In this document: one piece after another, positions 28,679-38,633 of the stretch
Numbering within the stretch: the first letter of the stretch is position 1
How the letters are laid out: each line of letters starts with the position of its first letter
The notes under the pieces: model-generated
The model's input: the letters and a program-made list of their open reading frames with translations, nothing else
The model's database searches: none
What the model was told of the DNA's origin: nothing
Origin: an uncultured Actinomycetota bacterium
GTDB lineage: Bacteria > Actinomycetota > Actinomycetes > JACCUZ01
DNA length: 64,000 nt
Assembly: GCA_963726615.1 (NCBI GenBank)
Contig: CAVSCX010000015.1
Span: 13,822 to 77,821 of the forward strand
Direction: 5' to 3'
Made by a program: the position numbers and the translations under genes

Positions 28679-29293
28679 GTGCGTTTCAGCCCACGCAACA
28701 ACGCCTTCTACGCGATGTTCGCCACGTCTGGGCAGAACCTGGTCGTCGGCGCCGGGCTGCTCAAGGAGCTGCTCGGCGCCGACCCGGCCGACCGCAAGGC
28801 GATCGCCGAGAAGATGCGGGCCGCCGAGCACGCCGGTGACGAGGCCACCCACGCCATCATGCGCGAGCTGAACGAGACGTTCATCACGCCGTTCGACCGG
28901 GAGGACATCTACCGTCTGGCCTCCAGCCTCGACGACGTCATGGACGCCATGGAGGCTGCTGTCGACCTGGTCGTCCTCTACCAGATCGGCGAGCTGCCGA
29001 TGGAGATCGCCGACCAGGTCGAGGTGCTGGAGCGGGCTGCGGAGCTGACCGCCGAGGCGATGCCGCGGCTGCGGTCGATGAAGGACCTCACCGAGTTCTG
29101 GATCGAGCTCAACCGGCTCGAGAACCAGGCCGACCAGGTCTACCGGCGGCTGCTGGCCCGGCTGTTCAACGGCGACTACGACGCGCTGACCGTGCTCAAG
29201 CTCAAGGAGGTCGTCGACCAGCTCGAGGCTGCCGCCGACGCGTTCGAGCACGTCGCGAACACCGTCGAGACGATCGCGGTCAAGGAGTCCTGA
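28679..29293 (+). CDS. DUF47 (PhoU-like) protein, companion of PiT transporter
   Basis: GTG start. MRFSPRNNAFYAMF...HAIMRELNETFITPFDREDIYRLASSLDDVMD typical DUF47/YkaA. Confidence 0.85.
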   Translation: MRFSPRNNAFYAMFATSGQNLVVGAGLLKELLGADPADRKAIAEKMRAAEHAGDEATHAIMRELNETFITPFDREDIYRLASSLDDVMDAMEAAVDLVVLYQIGELPMEIADQVEVLERAAELTAEAMPRLRSMKDLTEFWIELNRLENQADQVYRRLLARLFNGDYDALTVLKLKEVVDQLEAAADAFEHVANTVETIAVKES

Positions 29294-29296
29294 GCC

Positions 29297-30289
29297 TTGG
29301 AGCTCGCCACGATCATCGCGGTCATCGTGATCGCCCTGGTCTTCGACTACACCAACGGCTTCCACGACGCCGCGAACGCGATCGCGACGTCCATCTCGAC
29401 CAGGGCGCTGACCCCGCGGGTCGCCCTCCTGCTGGCCGCGGTGATGAACTTCGTCGGCGCCTTCCTCGGCACCAAGGTGGCCAAGACCGTCTTCTCGGTG
29501 ATCGAGCCACCCACCGGTGAGCACGCGCTGGTGGTGGTGCTCGCTGCGCTGGGTGGCGCGATCACCTGGAACCTGGTCACGTGGTACCTCGGCCTGCCGT
29601 CCTCGTCCTCGCACGCCCTGATCGGGGGGCTTGTCGGCGCCGGCCTGGCAGGGTCGGTGACGGTGCAGTGGAGCGCCGTCGTCGACAAGGTCGTCATCCC
29701 GATGCTGGTCTCACCGGTCGTGGGCGGCCTGCTCGCCTTCGCGCTCACGATCGCGATGCTGTGGATCTTCCGCAACGGCAGCCCCGGGCCGACCAACCGC
29801 GGTTTCCGGATCGCCCAGACGGTCTCGGCGTCGGCGATGGCCCTCGGCCACGGCCTGCAGGACGCGCAGAAGACGATGGGCGTCATCGTCCTGGCCCTGG
29901 TCACCGGCGGCTACCAGGACAGCTTCTACATCCCGTGGTGGGTGATCGTCATCTCGGCCGGCGCCATCTCCCTGGGCACCTACTCCGGCGGGTGGCGGAT
30001 CATGCGGACCCTCGGTCGGCGGATCATCCACATCGACCCGCCGCGTGGCTTCGCGGCCGAGACCGTCGCCTCCTCGGTGCTCTACACCACGGCGTACGTC
30101 TTCGAGGCGCCGATCTCGACCACCCAGACCATCACCGGCTCGATCATGGGTGCCGGGGCCACCCGCGGACGCAAGGCGGTCCGCTGGACCGTAGCCGGCA
30201 ACATCCTCTGGGCCTGGGTGCTCACGATCCCGATGGCCGGCCTGGTGGCCGCCGCCCTCTACTACGCCGTCCACCTGGTGCTGGAGTAA
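29297..30289 (+). CDS. pitA: inorganic phosphate transporter, PiT family
   Basis: MELATIIAVIVIALVFDYTNGFHDAANAIATSISTRAL...GHGLQDAQKTMGVI PiT signature repeats. Confidence 0.9.
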   Translation: MELATIIAVIVIALVFDYTNGFHDAANAIATSISTRALTPRVALLLAAVMNFVGAFLGTKVAKTVFSVIEPPTGEHALVVVLAALGGAITWNLVTWYLGLPSSSSHALIGGLVGAGLAGSVTVQWSAVVDKVVIPMLVSPVVGGLLAFALTIAMLWIFRNGSPGPTNRGFRIAQTVSASAMALGHGLQDAQKTMGVIVLALVTGGYQDSFYIPWWVIVISAGAISLGTYSGGWRIMRTLGRRIIHIDPPRGFAAETVASSVLYTTAYVFEAPISTTQTITGSIMGAGATRGRKAVRWTVAGNILWAWVLTIPMAGLVAAALYYAVHLVLE

Positions 30290-30333
30290 GCCCCGCTCCG
30301 CCTCCGGTCATGCGGGAACGGCAACGAGCCGGC

Positions 30334-31110
30334 TCAGCCGAAGCGGCCGGTGATGTAGTCCTCCGTCGCCTTCTCGGCCGGCCGGCTGAACATCTCCGCG
30401 GTGTCGCCGACCTCGATCAGGCGGCCGGGCCTGCCGGCGCCCGCGATCGTGAAGAAGGCGGTCCGGTCGCTGACCCGGGCGGCCTGCTGCATGTTGTGGG
30501 TGACGATGATGATCGTGTACTCGTCCTTGAGCTGGTGGATCAGGTCCTCGATCGCCAGCGTCGAGATCGGGTCCAGCGCCGAGCACGGCTCGTCCATCAG
30601 CAGCACCTGCGGCTCGACGGCGATCGCGCGGGCGATGCACAGCCGCTGCTGCTGACCGCCGGACAGCCCCGAACCGGGCTTGCCGAGCCGGTCCTTGACC
30701 TCGGACCAGAGGTTGGCGTGGTGCAGGGAGCGCTCCACCACCTCGTCGAGGGTGACCTTCTTCTTCACCCCGTTCAGGCGCAGCCCGGCGGCGACGTTGT
30801 CGTAGATCGACATCGTCGGGAACGGGTTCGGCCGCTGGAAGACCATGCCCACCGTGCGCCGGACGGCGACCGGGTCGACGTCGTCGGCGTAGAGGTCCTG
30901 GTCGTCGAGGAGGACCTTGCCGCTGACCCGGGCGCCGGGGATGACCTCGTGCATCCGGTTCAGGGTCCGCAGCAGTGTCGACTTCCCGCAGCCCGAGGGG
31001 CCGATGAACGCCGTCACCGACCTCGGCTGGACGGTCAACGACACGTCCTCCACAGCCTTGAAGTCGCCGTAGAAGACGTCGAGCCCCGAGACATCGATGC
31101 GCTTTGCCAT
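30334..31110 (-). CDS. pstB: phosphate ABC transporter ATP-binding protein PstB
   Basis: [12 protein letters not shown] Walker [26 protein letters not shown]. Confidence 0.95.
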   Translation of the reverse strand: MAKRIDVSGLDVFYGDFKAVEDVSLTVQPRSVTAFIGPSGCGKSTLLRTLNRMHEVIPGARVSGKVLLDDQDLYADDVDPVAVRRTVGMVFQRPNPFPTMSIYDNVAAGLRLNGVKKKVTLDEVVERSLHHANLWSEVKDRLGKPGSGLSGGQQQRLCIARAIAVEPQVLLMDEPCSALDPISTLAIEDLIHQLKDEYTIIIVTHNMQQAARVSDRTAFFTIAGAGRPGRLIEVGDTAEMFSRPAEKATEDYITGRFG

Positions 31111-31117
31111 CTGTTCC

Positions 31118-32029
31118 CTACTTCTTCACGGAGCCGAACCGGGCGACGAACCGCCCGAGCAGGCTGAGGAGCATCACGAGGACGATGAGTGTCAGCGCTG
31201 CCGACCAGACCCGGTCCAGGGCCGGGTCCAGCGCCTGGTTCCGATCCTGGTTGATCATCGTCGGCAGCGCTGCCATGTTGCCGCTGAACGGGTTGGTGTT
31301 GATCGAGCTGGTGTACGGGCCGAGGATCAGCAGCGGGGCCGTCTCGCCCATCACCCGGGCCAGGCCCAGGAACACGCCTGTCATGATGCCGCTGAACGCG
31401 GTGGGCACCACCACCCGCATGACGGTCTTCCAGCGCGGCACGCCCAGGGCGTACGACGCCTCGCGGATGTCGCGGGGTACCAGCCGGAGCATCTCCTCGG
31501 TGGACCGGACCACCACCGGGATCATCAGCAGCACCAGGGCCAGCGAGACGGCGAAGGCGACCCTGGTGAAACCGAACGTGGTGACCCAGAGCGCGTAGAT
31601 GAACAACGCCGCCACGATCGAGGGCACCCCGGTGAGCACGTCGACCATGAAGCTCACCGCTCGGGCGAACCGCCCCCGTCCGTACTCCACCAGGTAGATG
31701 GCCGTCCCGATCGCGATCGGCACGCTGATCGCGGCCGTCACGAACGCCATCAGCAGCGTCCCGAGGATCGCGTGGTACGCGCCGCCGCCGACCCGCCGGG
31801 CGGTGATGCCGCGCTGGGAGTTGGTCCACCAGGTGGGGTCGGTGATCAGCCCGGCGCCCTTGCTGAGGACGATCCAGAGGATCCACAGCAGGGGGACCAG
31901 TGCGATCAGGAAGCAGCCGTAGACCAGCACGGTGGCCAGGTTGTTGCGGAACCGCCGTCCGGCGGACTCGGGCACCAGCAACGGGTTACGCCCGTCACGG
32001 GCGGGTGCGGTCGCGGCGGTGGCGCTCAT
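31118..32029 (-). CDS. pstA: phosphate ABC transporter permease PstA
   Basis: ATG at 32029 lies 1 nt after the pstC stop. Permease with EAAxALG-like motif [14 protein letters not shown]. Confidence 0.9.
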   Translation of the reverse strand: MSATAATAPARDGRNPLLVPESAGRRFRNNLATVLVYGCFLIALVPLLWILWIVLSKGAGLITDPTWWTNSQRGITARRVGGGAYHAILGTLLMAFVTAAISVPIAIGTAIYLVEYGRGRFARAVSFMVDVLTGVPSIVAALFIYALWVTTFGFTRVAFAVSLALVLLMIPVVVRSTEEMLRLVPRDIREASYALGVPRWKTVMRVVVPTAFSGIMTGVFLGLARVMGETAPLLILGPYTSSINTNPFSGNMAALPTMINQDRNQALDPALDRVWSAALTLIVLVMLLSLLGRFVARFGSVKK

Positions 32030-32030
32030 G

Positions 32031-33041
32031 TCAGTCCTCCCTCGCGCTGCGGGCGATGACGACCCGGGCCACGGCATTGACAGCGAAGGTCAGCACGAAC
32101 AGCACCAGGCCGGCGGCGATGTAGGCGCCGGTCTTCTGCGGCGTGGAGAACTCGCTCGCGTTGTTGGCGATCTTGGAGGCGAAGGTCTCGCCGCCGTAGA
32201 ACACCGACAGGTCGAACGTGTCCAGGCTGCTGGGCTGGCTGAGGATGATCGTCACCGCGATCGTCTCGCCGAGCGCCCGCCCCAGGCCCAGCATCGACGC
32301 GCTGATGACACCTGGCTTGCCGAACGGCAGCACCGCGGTGCGGATCATCTCCCAGCGGGTCGCGCCTAGTGCGAGCGCCGCCTCCTTGTTCGGCAGCGGG
32401 GTCTGGTCGAACACCTCGCGGCTGATGGCCGTGACGATCGGCAGGATCATGATGGCCAGGACGACGGCGGCGAGGAACACGGTGCCCTGCGAGACGCCGG
32501 TCCGGGCGAACAGCGGGATCCAGCCGAGGCCCTTCTCGAGGCCGACCCGGACCGCGGAGTCCTGGCCGGCCAGCACCGGGCCCAGCACCCGGATGCCCCA
32601 CAGGCCGTAGATGATCGAGGGGATTGCCGCCAGCAGGTCGATGAGGTAGGCCACCGGCCGGGCGGCGCGCCGCGGTGCGTACTGCGTGATGAACAGCGCC
32701 AGCCCGACCGCGACCGGGACCGCGAGCACCATGGCCACGGCGGAGGCGAGCACGGTGGTCCAGAGCAGTGCGGCGATGCCGAACGCCGGCGGCGTGGTCG
32801 CCGGCTGCCACACCCTGTCGGTGAAGAAGTTGGCGGAGTTCGCCGCCAGGGACGGCGCGGCCTTCCAGACCAGGAACGCTCCGGTCAGCGTGACCAGGGC
32901 GACAACGAGCAGCCCGGCCCCGCGGACTGCGGCACCGAAGACGGCGTCGCCACCGCTGCTCGTGCCGCGTCCCGCCAGTGCCGAGGTGCGCTCCGGGCCG
33001 GCGGCGGGGCCGCTCGTCGGCGGCGGAGCCGTTGTCGTCAT
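32031..33041 (-). CDS. pstC: phosphate ABC transporter permease PstC
   Basis: KEAALALGATRWEMIRTAVLP permease signature. 6 TM helices. Confidence 0.9.
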   Translation of the reverse strand: MTTTAPPPTSGPAAGPERTSALAGRGTSSGGDAVFGAAVRGAGLLVVALVTLTGAFLVWKAAPSLAANSANFFTDRVWQPATTPPAFGIAALLWTTVLASAVAMVLAVPVAVGLALFITQYAPRRAARPVAYLIDLLAAIPSIIYGLWGIRVLGPVLAGQDSAVRVGLEKGLGWIPLFARTGVSQGTVFLAAVVLAIMILPIVTAISREVFDQTPLPNKEAALALGATRWEMIRTAVLPFGKPGVISASMLGLGRALGETIAVTIILSQPSSLDTFDLSVFYGGETFASKIANNASEFSTPQKTGAYIAAGLVLFVLTFAVNAVARVVIARSARED

Positions 33042-33195
33042 GGTCTCTCCTCCGGTCGGGGGTGGCGGGCGGCTCGTGGGCGCACCGGGTCAGCCTGGCG
33101 TCATGGGCGGGCGGTACGACGCCCGCAGCCCTGCCCGGACGGTGCCGGCCCGGGCAGGGCGTCGAGCCGCGGCGTCGGCCGCGGTGGGCAGTAGG

Positions 33196-34308
33196 TCAGC
33201 CGAGTGCCCCGACGGCGGTCTCGACCTTGCTGCGGACCTCCTCGGGGAGCGGCGCGTAGCCGAGCTCCTCGAGCGAGGACTGGGTGTCGGCGGAGGAGAA
33301 GTAGGTGAGGAACTTCTGCACCGCGTCGGCCTTGTCGGCGGCCAGGCCCTTGGAGCAGACGACCTCGTAGGTGACGAGGTCGATCGGGTAGGCACCGGCG
33401 GTCTTGGTGGCGTAGTCGAGCTCCAGGCGCAGGTCGTTCCCGGTGCCGACCTGCTTGGCCGAGGCGATCGCGGTGCCGACGGCCTCACCGGTCAGCTCGA
33501 CCGGGCCGGAGCCGTTGTCGACCTGGGCGATGCCGAGGCCGTTGTCCTTGGCGTAGGACCACTCGACGTAGGTGATGGAGCCCTCGGTGGTCTTCACGCC
33601 GTCGGCGACGCCCGAGGACTTCTCGCGGCCCTCGCCGGTCCCCGGCCAGACCTTGGAGGGCTCGTCGGTCCAGGCGCCGCCGCCGGCACCGGCCAGGTAC
33701 TTCTGGAAGTTCTCGGTGGTGCCGGACTCGTCGCTACGGAAGAAGACCTTGATGTCCGCGCTCGGCAGCGTGGCGTCCTTGTTGAGGGCCTTGATGGCCG
33801 GGTCGTCCCAGGTCTTGATCTTGCCGGCGAACAGGTTCGACGCGACCTCGGGGGTGAGCACCAGCGAGTCCACTCCGGGCAGGTTGTAGGCCATCGCGAT
33901 CGGGCCCACGACCATCGGCAGGTTCCAGGCGTCGTTGCCACCGCAGCGCTTGTTGGCGGCCGCGACCTCGCCCTCGTCCTCCTTCAGCGCCGAGTCCGAG
34001 CCGGCGAAGTCGACCTGGCCGTTGGTGAACTGCTCGATGCCCGCACCGGAGCCGGTCGGGTTGTAGTTGATGGTGGCGTCGCCACACGTCGCCGTGTAGT
34101 TGGCGATGACCTCGTCGATCGCGTTCTGCTGGGCAGACGAGCCCTCGGCGTTCAGCGTGCCGCTGAAGCAGGAGCTGTCGGCCGGCTTGGCGGCCGCCGC
34201 GTTCCCGGCGTCACCCGTGCCCGCGTTGTTGTCGCTGCCGCAGGCGGTCAGCAGGAGCGCGCCGGCGGCGAGGGCCGCGGCGGTGCCGGAGAAGCGGTTG
34301 AGCTTCAC
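33196..34308 (-). CDS. pstS: phosphate-binding lipoprotein PstS
   Basis: Lipobox LLLTAC. ...AEGSSAQQNAIDEV...TGSGAGIEQF...SDESGTTENF PBP motifs. Confidence 0.9.
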   Translation of the reverse strand: MKLNRFSGTAAALAAGALLLTACGSDNNAGTGDAGNAAAAKPADSSCFSGTLNAEGSSAQQNAIDEVIANYTATCGDATINYNPTGSGAGIEQFTNGQVDFAGSDSALKEDEGEVAAANKRCGGNDAWNLPMVVGPIAMAYNLPGVDSLVLTPEVASNLFAGKIKTWDDPAIKALNKDATLPSADIKVFFRSDESGTTENFQKYLAGAGGGAWTDEPSKVWPGTGEGREKSSGVADGVKTTEGSITYVEWSYAKDNGLGIAQVDNGSGPVELTGEAVGTAIASAKQVGTGNDLRLELDYATKTAGAYPIDLVTYEVVCSKGLAADKADAVQKFLTYFSSADTQSSLEELGYAPLPEEVRSKVETAVGALG

Positions 34309-34399
34309 GTTCGAGTCCTCCCAGGACGTCTGCTGTGGGTCGGCCGCGTCGGTGCGACCGGTCGTGATCTCGTGACGTTGCGGACGCTAGGCACGGGAG

Positions 34400-34440
34400 G
34401 TGACGTGACAACCCGGTCACGGTGAACGACAGGTGAACAG
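34400..34440 (-). promoter_or_regulatory. candidate PHO box (PhoP-type direct repeats) upstream of pstS
   Basis: In pstS orientation reads GTTCACCtgtcGTTCACCgtga plus a degenerate third unit cGTCACC, with 11-nt periodicity. Lies 95-130 nt upstream of the pstS start. Confidence 0.45.
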
Positions 34441-34477
34441 CGGCACAGCCTTGGCGTCGAACCGGGCGCCAGCGGGC

Positions 34478-35482
34478 TCAGGCGTGACTGCCGTCACGCC
34501 GGAACATGACGTCGGTCTCCCACCGGGTGAAGCCCAGGGCCGTGTAGACGGCGATCGCCGCGGCGTTGTCGGCGTCCACGTACAGCATCGCGTCGGGCAG
34601 GCCGAGGTGGCGCAGGTGACGGAGCCCCACCAGGGTCAGCGCCCGGCCGAGCCCGTTGCCGCGCTCGGTCGGGTCGACACCGACGACGTAGACCTCCCCG
34701 ATCGGCTCGTGGCCGTGACTCCCGGTCTGGCCCTCGTGGGCGTGCGGCTGGTCGAGCAAGGCGTGCGCCGGCCCCGCGCCACCGTGGACCTTCGTCCAGT
34801 GGAACCCGACCAGCCGCGTGCCGCGGTCGTCCGTGCGCTCGGCCAGGAAGAAGCCGGCCGGGTCGAACCAGGGCTCGCCGACCCGTCGGTGCAGGTCGTC
34901 GACGGTCCATGAGGCCTGCTCCGGGTGGCCGCGGAACGCCGCGGAGTTGAGGGCCACCCACGCGTCGTCGTCCGCCCCGGGGACGAACTCCCGCACGCTG
35001 ACCCCGGCGGGCAGGTCCGCGACCGGCAGGGCTGCGTACAGCGAGCGGCGCATCTGCCACAGCGCCCGGGACTGGACGAACCCGAGCGTTGCCGCGAGGG
35101 CGGCGGCGCCGGGGTGCCCGCCATGCGACCAGAGCCGCAGCCGCCCGTCCGGCGTCTCGTCCAGGGTGGCCCGGACGAGGGCCCGGCCGACGCCCCGGCC
35201 CCGGTGCGCCGGCGCCACGACGAGCTCGGCGCTGGCTCCCTGCACCTCGTCGGTGACGTCCAGGTGCGCGTATCCGGCCAGGTCGCCGGCGGCAACGCCG
35301 TCCTTGACCCAGGCGAGCACGTTCCGGACCGGCTCGTCCCCGCCGTAGCGCAGGTGCAGCATCACGTGCTCCGAGAGCGGCCGGACGCCGTCGGCCTCGG
35401 TGGCGGCCTCGACCAGGCCGCTCACCGCGCGGACCTCGGTCGGGTCCAGCGGGCCCACCACCTCGAGGCTCAGCACCGGCAC
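34478..35482 (-). CDS. mshD: mycothiol synthase MshD (tandem GNAT domains)
   Basis: Two acetyltransferase halves (…LVVAPAHRGRGVGRALV… and …GVDPTERGNGLGRALTLVGLRHL…). Length 334 aa. Gene neighbours match the M. tuberculosis Rv0819 locus (GlnR-like gene and thiX/cysA2/sseC2-like run). Confidence 0.85.
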   Translation of the reverse strand: MPVLSLEVVGPLDPTEVRAVSGLVEAATEADGVRPLSEHVMLHLRYGGDEPVRNVLAWVKDGVAAGDLAGYAHLDVTDEVQGASAELVVAPAHRGRGVGRALVRATLDETPDGRLRLWSHGGHPGAAALAATLGFVQSRALWQMRRSLYAALPVADLPAGVSVREFVPGADDDAWVALNSAAFRGHPEQASWTVDDLHRRVGEPWFDPAGFFLAERTDDRGTRLVGFHWTKVHGGAGPAHALLDQPHAHEGQTGSHGHEPIGEVYVVGVDPTERGNGLGRALTLVGLRHLRHLGLPDAMLYVDADNAAAIAVYTALGFTRWETDVMFRRDGSHA

Positions 35483-35599
35483 AGCCTAGGGAAGGGACGA
35501 ATGCGGCGACTTCGGGACCAGAGATGGCGAAGTTCCCCTGTCCGGGATGGTGCGTCTGGACTAGGTTCCTGTGATCCGATCCCCACCCCGAGGAGCCAC

Positions 35600-37375
35600 A
35601 TGTCTCGCTCTGGACCGCTCACCCGCCGTATCCCGGTGGCGCTGGCGGTGTGTGCGGCTGCCGCACTCGCCCTCGTCCCCGCCACCGCCAACGCCGGGAC
35701 CGTCAAGGCGCTGAAGTACAACAAGCACAAGATCCCGGTCCAGCTCCTGTCGTTCAACGACTTCCACGGCCACATCGAGCAGGATCTCGGGACCAGCTCG
35801 GACGGCTCGGTGACCTTCGAGGGCAACCGGGTCCCGGCCGGTGGAGCGGCCTACCTGGCAACCCACCTGCGCGAGCTGCGCAAGGGCCACCCCACGAGCC
35901 TCACCGTGGCGGCAGGCGACCTGATCGGCGGCTCCACGTTCACCTCCGGCGTCTTCCACGACGAGCCGTCCGTCGAGGTGCTCAACGCGATGGGCCTGGA
36001 CGTGTCCAGCGTCGGCAACCACGAGTTCGACGAGGGGATCACGGAGCTCAAGCGGATGCAGTACGGCGGCTGCCACCCGGTCGACGGCTGCTTCCTGCAG
36101 GACGCGAACGGCAAGGACATCGCCTACCCGGGCGCCAGGTACCAGTACCTCGCCGCGAACGTCGCCAGCGAGAAGACGGGCAAGACCGTCTTCCCGCGCT
36201 GGTGGATCAAGAAGGTGGGCCCGGCCAAGATCGGCTTCATCGGGATGACCCTGGAGGGCACCGACTCGCTCGTGTCGCCGTCCGGCGTCGCCGGGTACGA
36301 CTTCCTCGACGAGGTGAAGGCCGGCAACGCGGCGGCCAAGATCCTGCAGAAGAAGAAGGGCGTGAAGGCGATCGTCGTGCTGATCCACGAGGGCGGCTTC
36401 CAGACCGGCTCCTACAGCGCCTGCGAGGGCATCTCCGGCCCGATCGTCGACATCGCCAAGCGACTCGCACCCAAGATCGACATGGTGGTCACGGGCCACA
36501 CCCACCAGCCCTACGTCTGCAACATCCCGGACCCCAAGGGCCAGCGCCGCCTGGTGACAAGCGCGATGTCGTTCGGCAAGATCATCACCGAGACCAACTT
36601 CAAGATCGACACCAGGACCAAGGACGTCATCCGCAAGTCGGAGAAGGCCGTGAACCACATCGTGACGCGGACCGTCCCGCAGGCGCCCGGGATCCAGGGC
36701 ATCGTCGACCGGTGGGTGGCCAAGGCTGCCGGCCCGGGCAACAGGGTCGTGGGCTCGATCGCCGCGGACATCAAGCGGGCGGTCGGGAGCGACGGCAAGG
36801 AGGACCGTGGTGCAGAGTCGCCGCTGTCCAACCTCATCGCCGACGCCCAGCGCGACTCCACCGGGTCGCAGGTCGCGTTCATGAACCCGGGTGGGGTGAG
36901 GTCCGACCTGCTGGTCAACAACTCACCGGCCGGTGAGGCGCCAGGGCAGATCACCTACCGCGAGCTGTTCAACGTCCAGCCGTTCAGCAACATCCTGCAG
37001 ACCTACGACATGACCGGTGCCCAGATCGAGGCCCTGCTCGAGCAGCAGTGGGTCACGAACCGGCCCGGTGGTGCCGAGATCCTGCGGCTGGGCATCAGCT
37101 CCGGCTTCACCTACACCTGGTCCAAGAGCGCTCCCAACGGCAGCAAGGTCGACCCAGCGTCGATCAAGCTTGACGGAGTGACGCTCGACCCGGCGAAGAC
37201 CTACCGGGTGACGACGAACAACTTCATGGCCGACGGCGGCGACAGCTACACCGCTCTGGTCAACGGTGCCCCGCGCACCGGCGGCAAGGTCGACCTGGAC
37301 GCACTGGTCGACTACTTCGGCGCGCACCCGGGTCTCACCGGGCCGCCGACGCCGCGCAGCACCCAGGCCCCGTAA
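35600..37375 (+). CDS. secreted bifunctional 5'-nucleotidase / UDP-sugar hydrolase-like metallophosphoesterase
   Basis: GAGGAG RBS. Signal peptide present. LSFNDFHGH, GNHEFD and GHTHQ metallophosphoesterase motifs. C-terminal 5'-nucleotidase substrate-binding domain (...NPGGVRSDL...). Confidence 0.85.
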   Translation: MSRSGPLTRRIPVALAVCAAAALALVPATANAGTVKALKYNKHKIPVQLLSFNDFHGHIEQDLGTSSDGSVTFEGNRVPAGGAAYLATHLRELRKGHPTSLTVAAGDLIGGSTFTSGVFHDEPSVEVLNAMGLDVSSVGNHEFDEGITELKRMQYGGCHPVDGCFLQDANGKDIAYPGARYQYLAANVASEKTGKTVFPRWWIKKVGPAKIGFIGMTLEGTDSLVSPSGVAGYDFLDEVKAGNAAAKILQKKKGVKAIVVLIHEGGFQTGSYSACEGISGPIVDIAKRLAPKIDMVVTGHTHQPYVCNIPDPKGQRRLVTSAMSFGKIITETNFKIDTRTKDVIRKSEKAVNHIVTRTVPQAPGIQGIVDRWVAKAAGPGNRVVGSIAADIKRAVGSDGKEDRGAESPLSNLIADAQRDSTGSQVAFMNPGGVRSDLLVNNSPAGEAPGQITYRELFNVQPFSNILQTYDMTGAQIEALLEQQWVTNRPGGAEILRLGISSGFTYTWSKSAPNGSKVDPASIKLDGVTLDPAKTYRVTTNNFMADGGDSYTALVNGAPRTGGKVDLDALVDYFGAHPGLTGPPTPRSTQAP

Positions 37376-37392
37376 GGGACCGCCGCACGGCC

Positions 37393-37428
37393 GGACGCCC
37401 CCGGGAGCAGCTGCTCCCGGGGGCGTCC
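37393..37428. terminator. perfect 17-bp-arm palindrome between convergent genes (bidirectional terminator candidate)
   Basis: GGACGCCCCCGGGAGCAG|CTGCTCCCGGGGGCGTCC lies between the 5'-nucleotidase stop (37375) and the response-regulator stop (37510). No U-tract (common in high-GC actinobacteria). Confidence 0.55.
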
Positions 37429-37509
37429 GTCGTCCCACGCACCGGGGGGTCAGTCGTCCGTGTCGCCCAGGACGTACGCCGTGACCGCGCCGGCCGAAAC
37501 GGCCGGCCG

Positions 37510-38244
37510 TCAGCCGACGGGGACGGGGGACTTGGGGACCGGGATGTCGGCGCCGGCGTCCTGCGGCTCCTTCGGCAGCACGAAGCGGTAACCGACGTTG
37601 CGCACGGTCCCGATCAGCGTCTCGTGGTCGGAGCCGAGCTTCGCCCGGAGCCGGCGTACATGCACGTCCACCGTGCGGGTGCCGCCGTAGTAGTCGTAGC
37701 CCCAGACCTCCTGCAGCAGCTGGGCCCGGCTGAAGACGCGGCCGGGGTGCTGCGCGAGGAACTTGAGCAGCTCGAACTCCTTGTAGGTCAGGTCGAGCAC
37801 CCGGCCCTTGACCCTCGCGGTGTAGGTCGCCTCGTCGATGGTCACGTCGCCGCGCCGGATCTCGGTGAGGTCGTCCTCGCCGCCGTTGCGGCCGGCGAGC
37901 CTGCCGATCGCCAGTCGTAGCCGCGCCTCCACCTCGGCCGGGCCGGCGGTGTCGAGCAGGACGTCGTCGACACCCCAGTCGGCGGTGACGGCGGCGAGGC
38001 CGCCCTCGGTCGCGACGAGCAGGACAGGGCAGTCGACACCCGTGCTGCGCAGGACTCGGCACAGCGACCGGACGTGCGGCAGGTCCCGGCGCCCGTCGAT
38101 GAGCAGCGCGTCCGAGGGCGGCGCCTCCAGCAGCGCTGAGGCCTCGGCGGGGGCCACCCGGAGCGTGTGCGAGAGCAGGCCGAGCGCGGGCAGCACCTCG
38201 GTCGACGGCTGCAGCGTGTTCGTCAGCAGCAACAGCTGGCTCAT
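37510..38244 (-). CDS. glnR: OmpR-family winged-helix response regulator with atypical receiver (GlnR-like)
   Basis: C-terminal ...[53 protein letters not shown]... Receiver lacks a clear phospho-acceptor context. Adjacent to mshD as glnR (Rv0818) is in mycobacteria. Confidence 0.65.
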   Translation of the reverse strand: MSQLLLLTNTLQPSTEVLPALGLLSHTLRVAPAEASALLEAPPSDALLIDGRRDLPHVRSLCRVLRSTGVDCPVLLVATEGGLAAVTADWGVDDVLLDTAGPAEVEARLRLAIGRLAGRNGGEDDLTEIRRGDVTIDEATYTARVKGRVLDLTYKEFELLKFLAQHPGRVFSRAQLLQEVWGYDYYGGTRTVDVHVRRLRAKLGSDHETLIGTVRNVGYRFVLPKEPQDAGADIPVPKSPVPVG

Positions 38245-38384
38245 CTGTCCCCAATTCCTCGGGCGGGCGTCCAGTTCACCATGATGGTGTCACCAGGATC
38301 GGGTCCTGTCCGGTCGGCGAGAACGCCTTACGCAGGCGAAACATCACCGTCACACGGCGGCACGCACACGGGAGGGAGGCTCAG

Positions 38385-38633
38385 GTGGCCCAGGGGACGC
38401 TGCGGTACTGGGCCGCGGCCCGGGCGGCTGCGGGCGTCACCGAGGAGCCGTTCGAGGGCGTGACGCTCGGCGAGGTGCTGGACCGGGCGGTGGCCGCTCA
38501 CGGGCCTGAGCTGGCCCGGGTGCTCGGAGTCGCGAGCTTCCTCGTGGACGGCGTGCGCTCGGCCCGCGACAGCGCCCTCGCCGACGGCGTGACCGTCGAG
38601 GTGCTGCCTCCCTTCGCGGGCGGAAGCCGGTGA
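38385..38633 (+). CDS. MoaD/ThiS-family sulfur-carrier-like protein
   Basis: 82 aa ending ...VEVLPPFAGGSR (GG followed by 2 extra residues). Confidence 0.55.
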   Translation: MAQGTLRYWAAARAAAGVTEEPFEGVTLGEVLDRAVAAHGPELARVLGVASFLVDGVRSARDSALADGVTVEVLPPFAGGSR

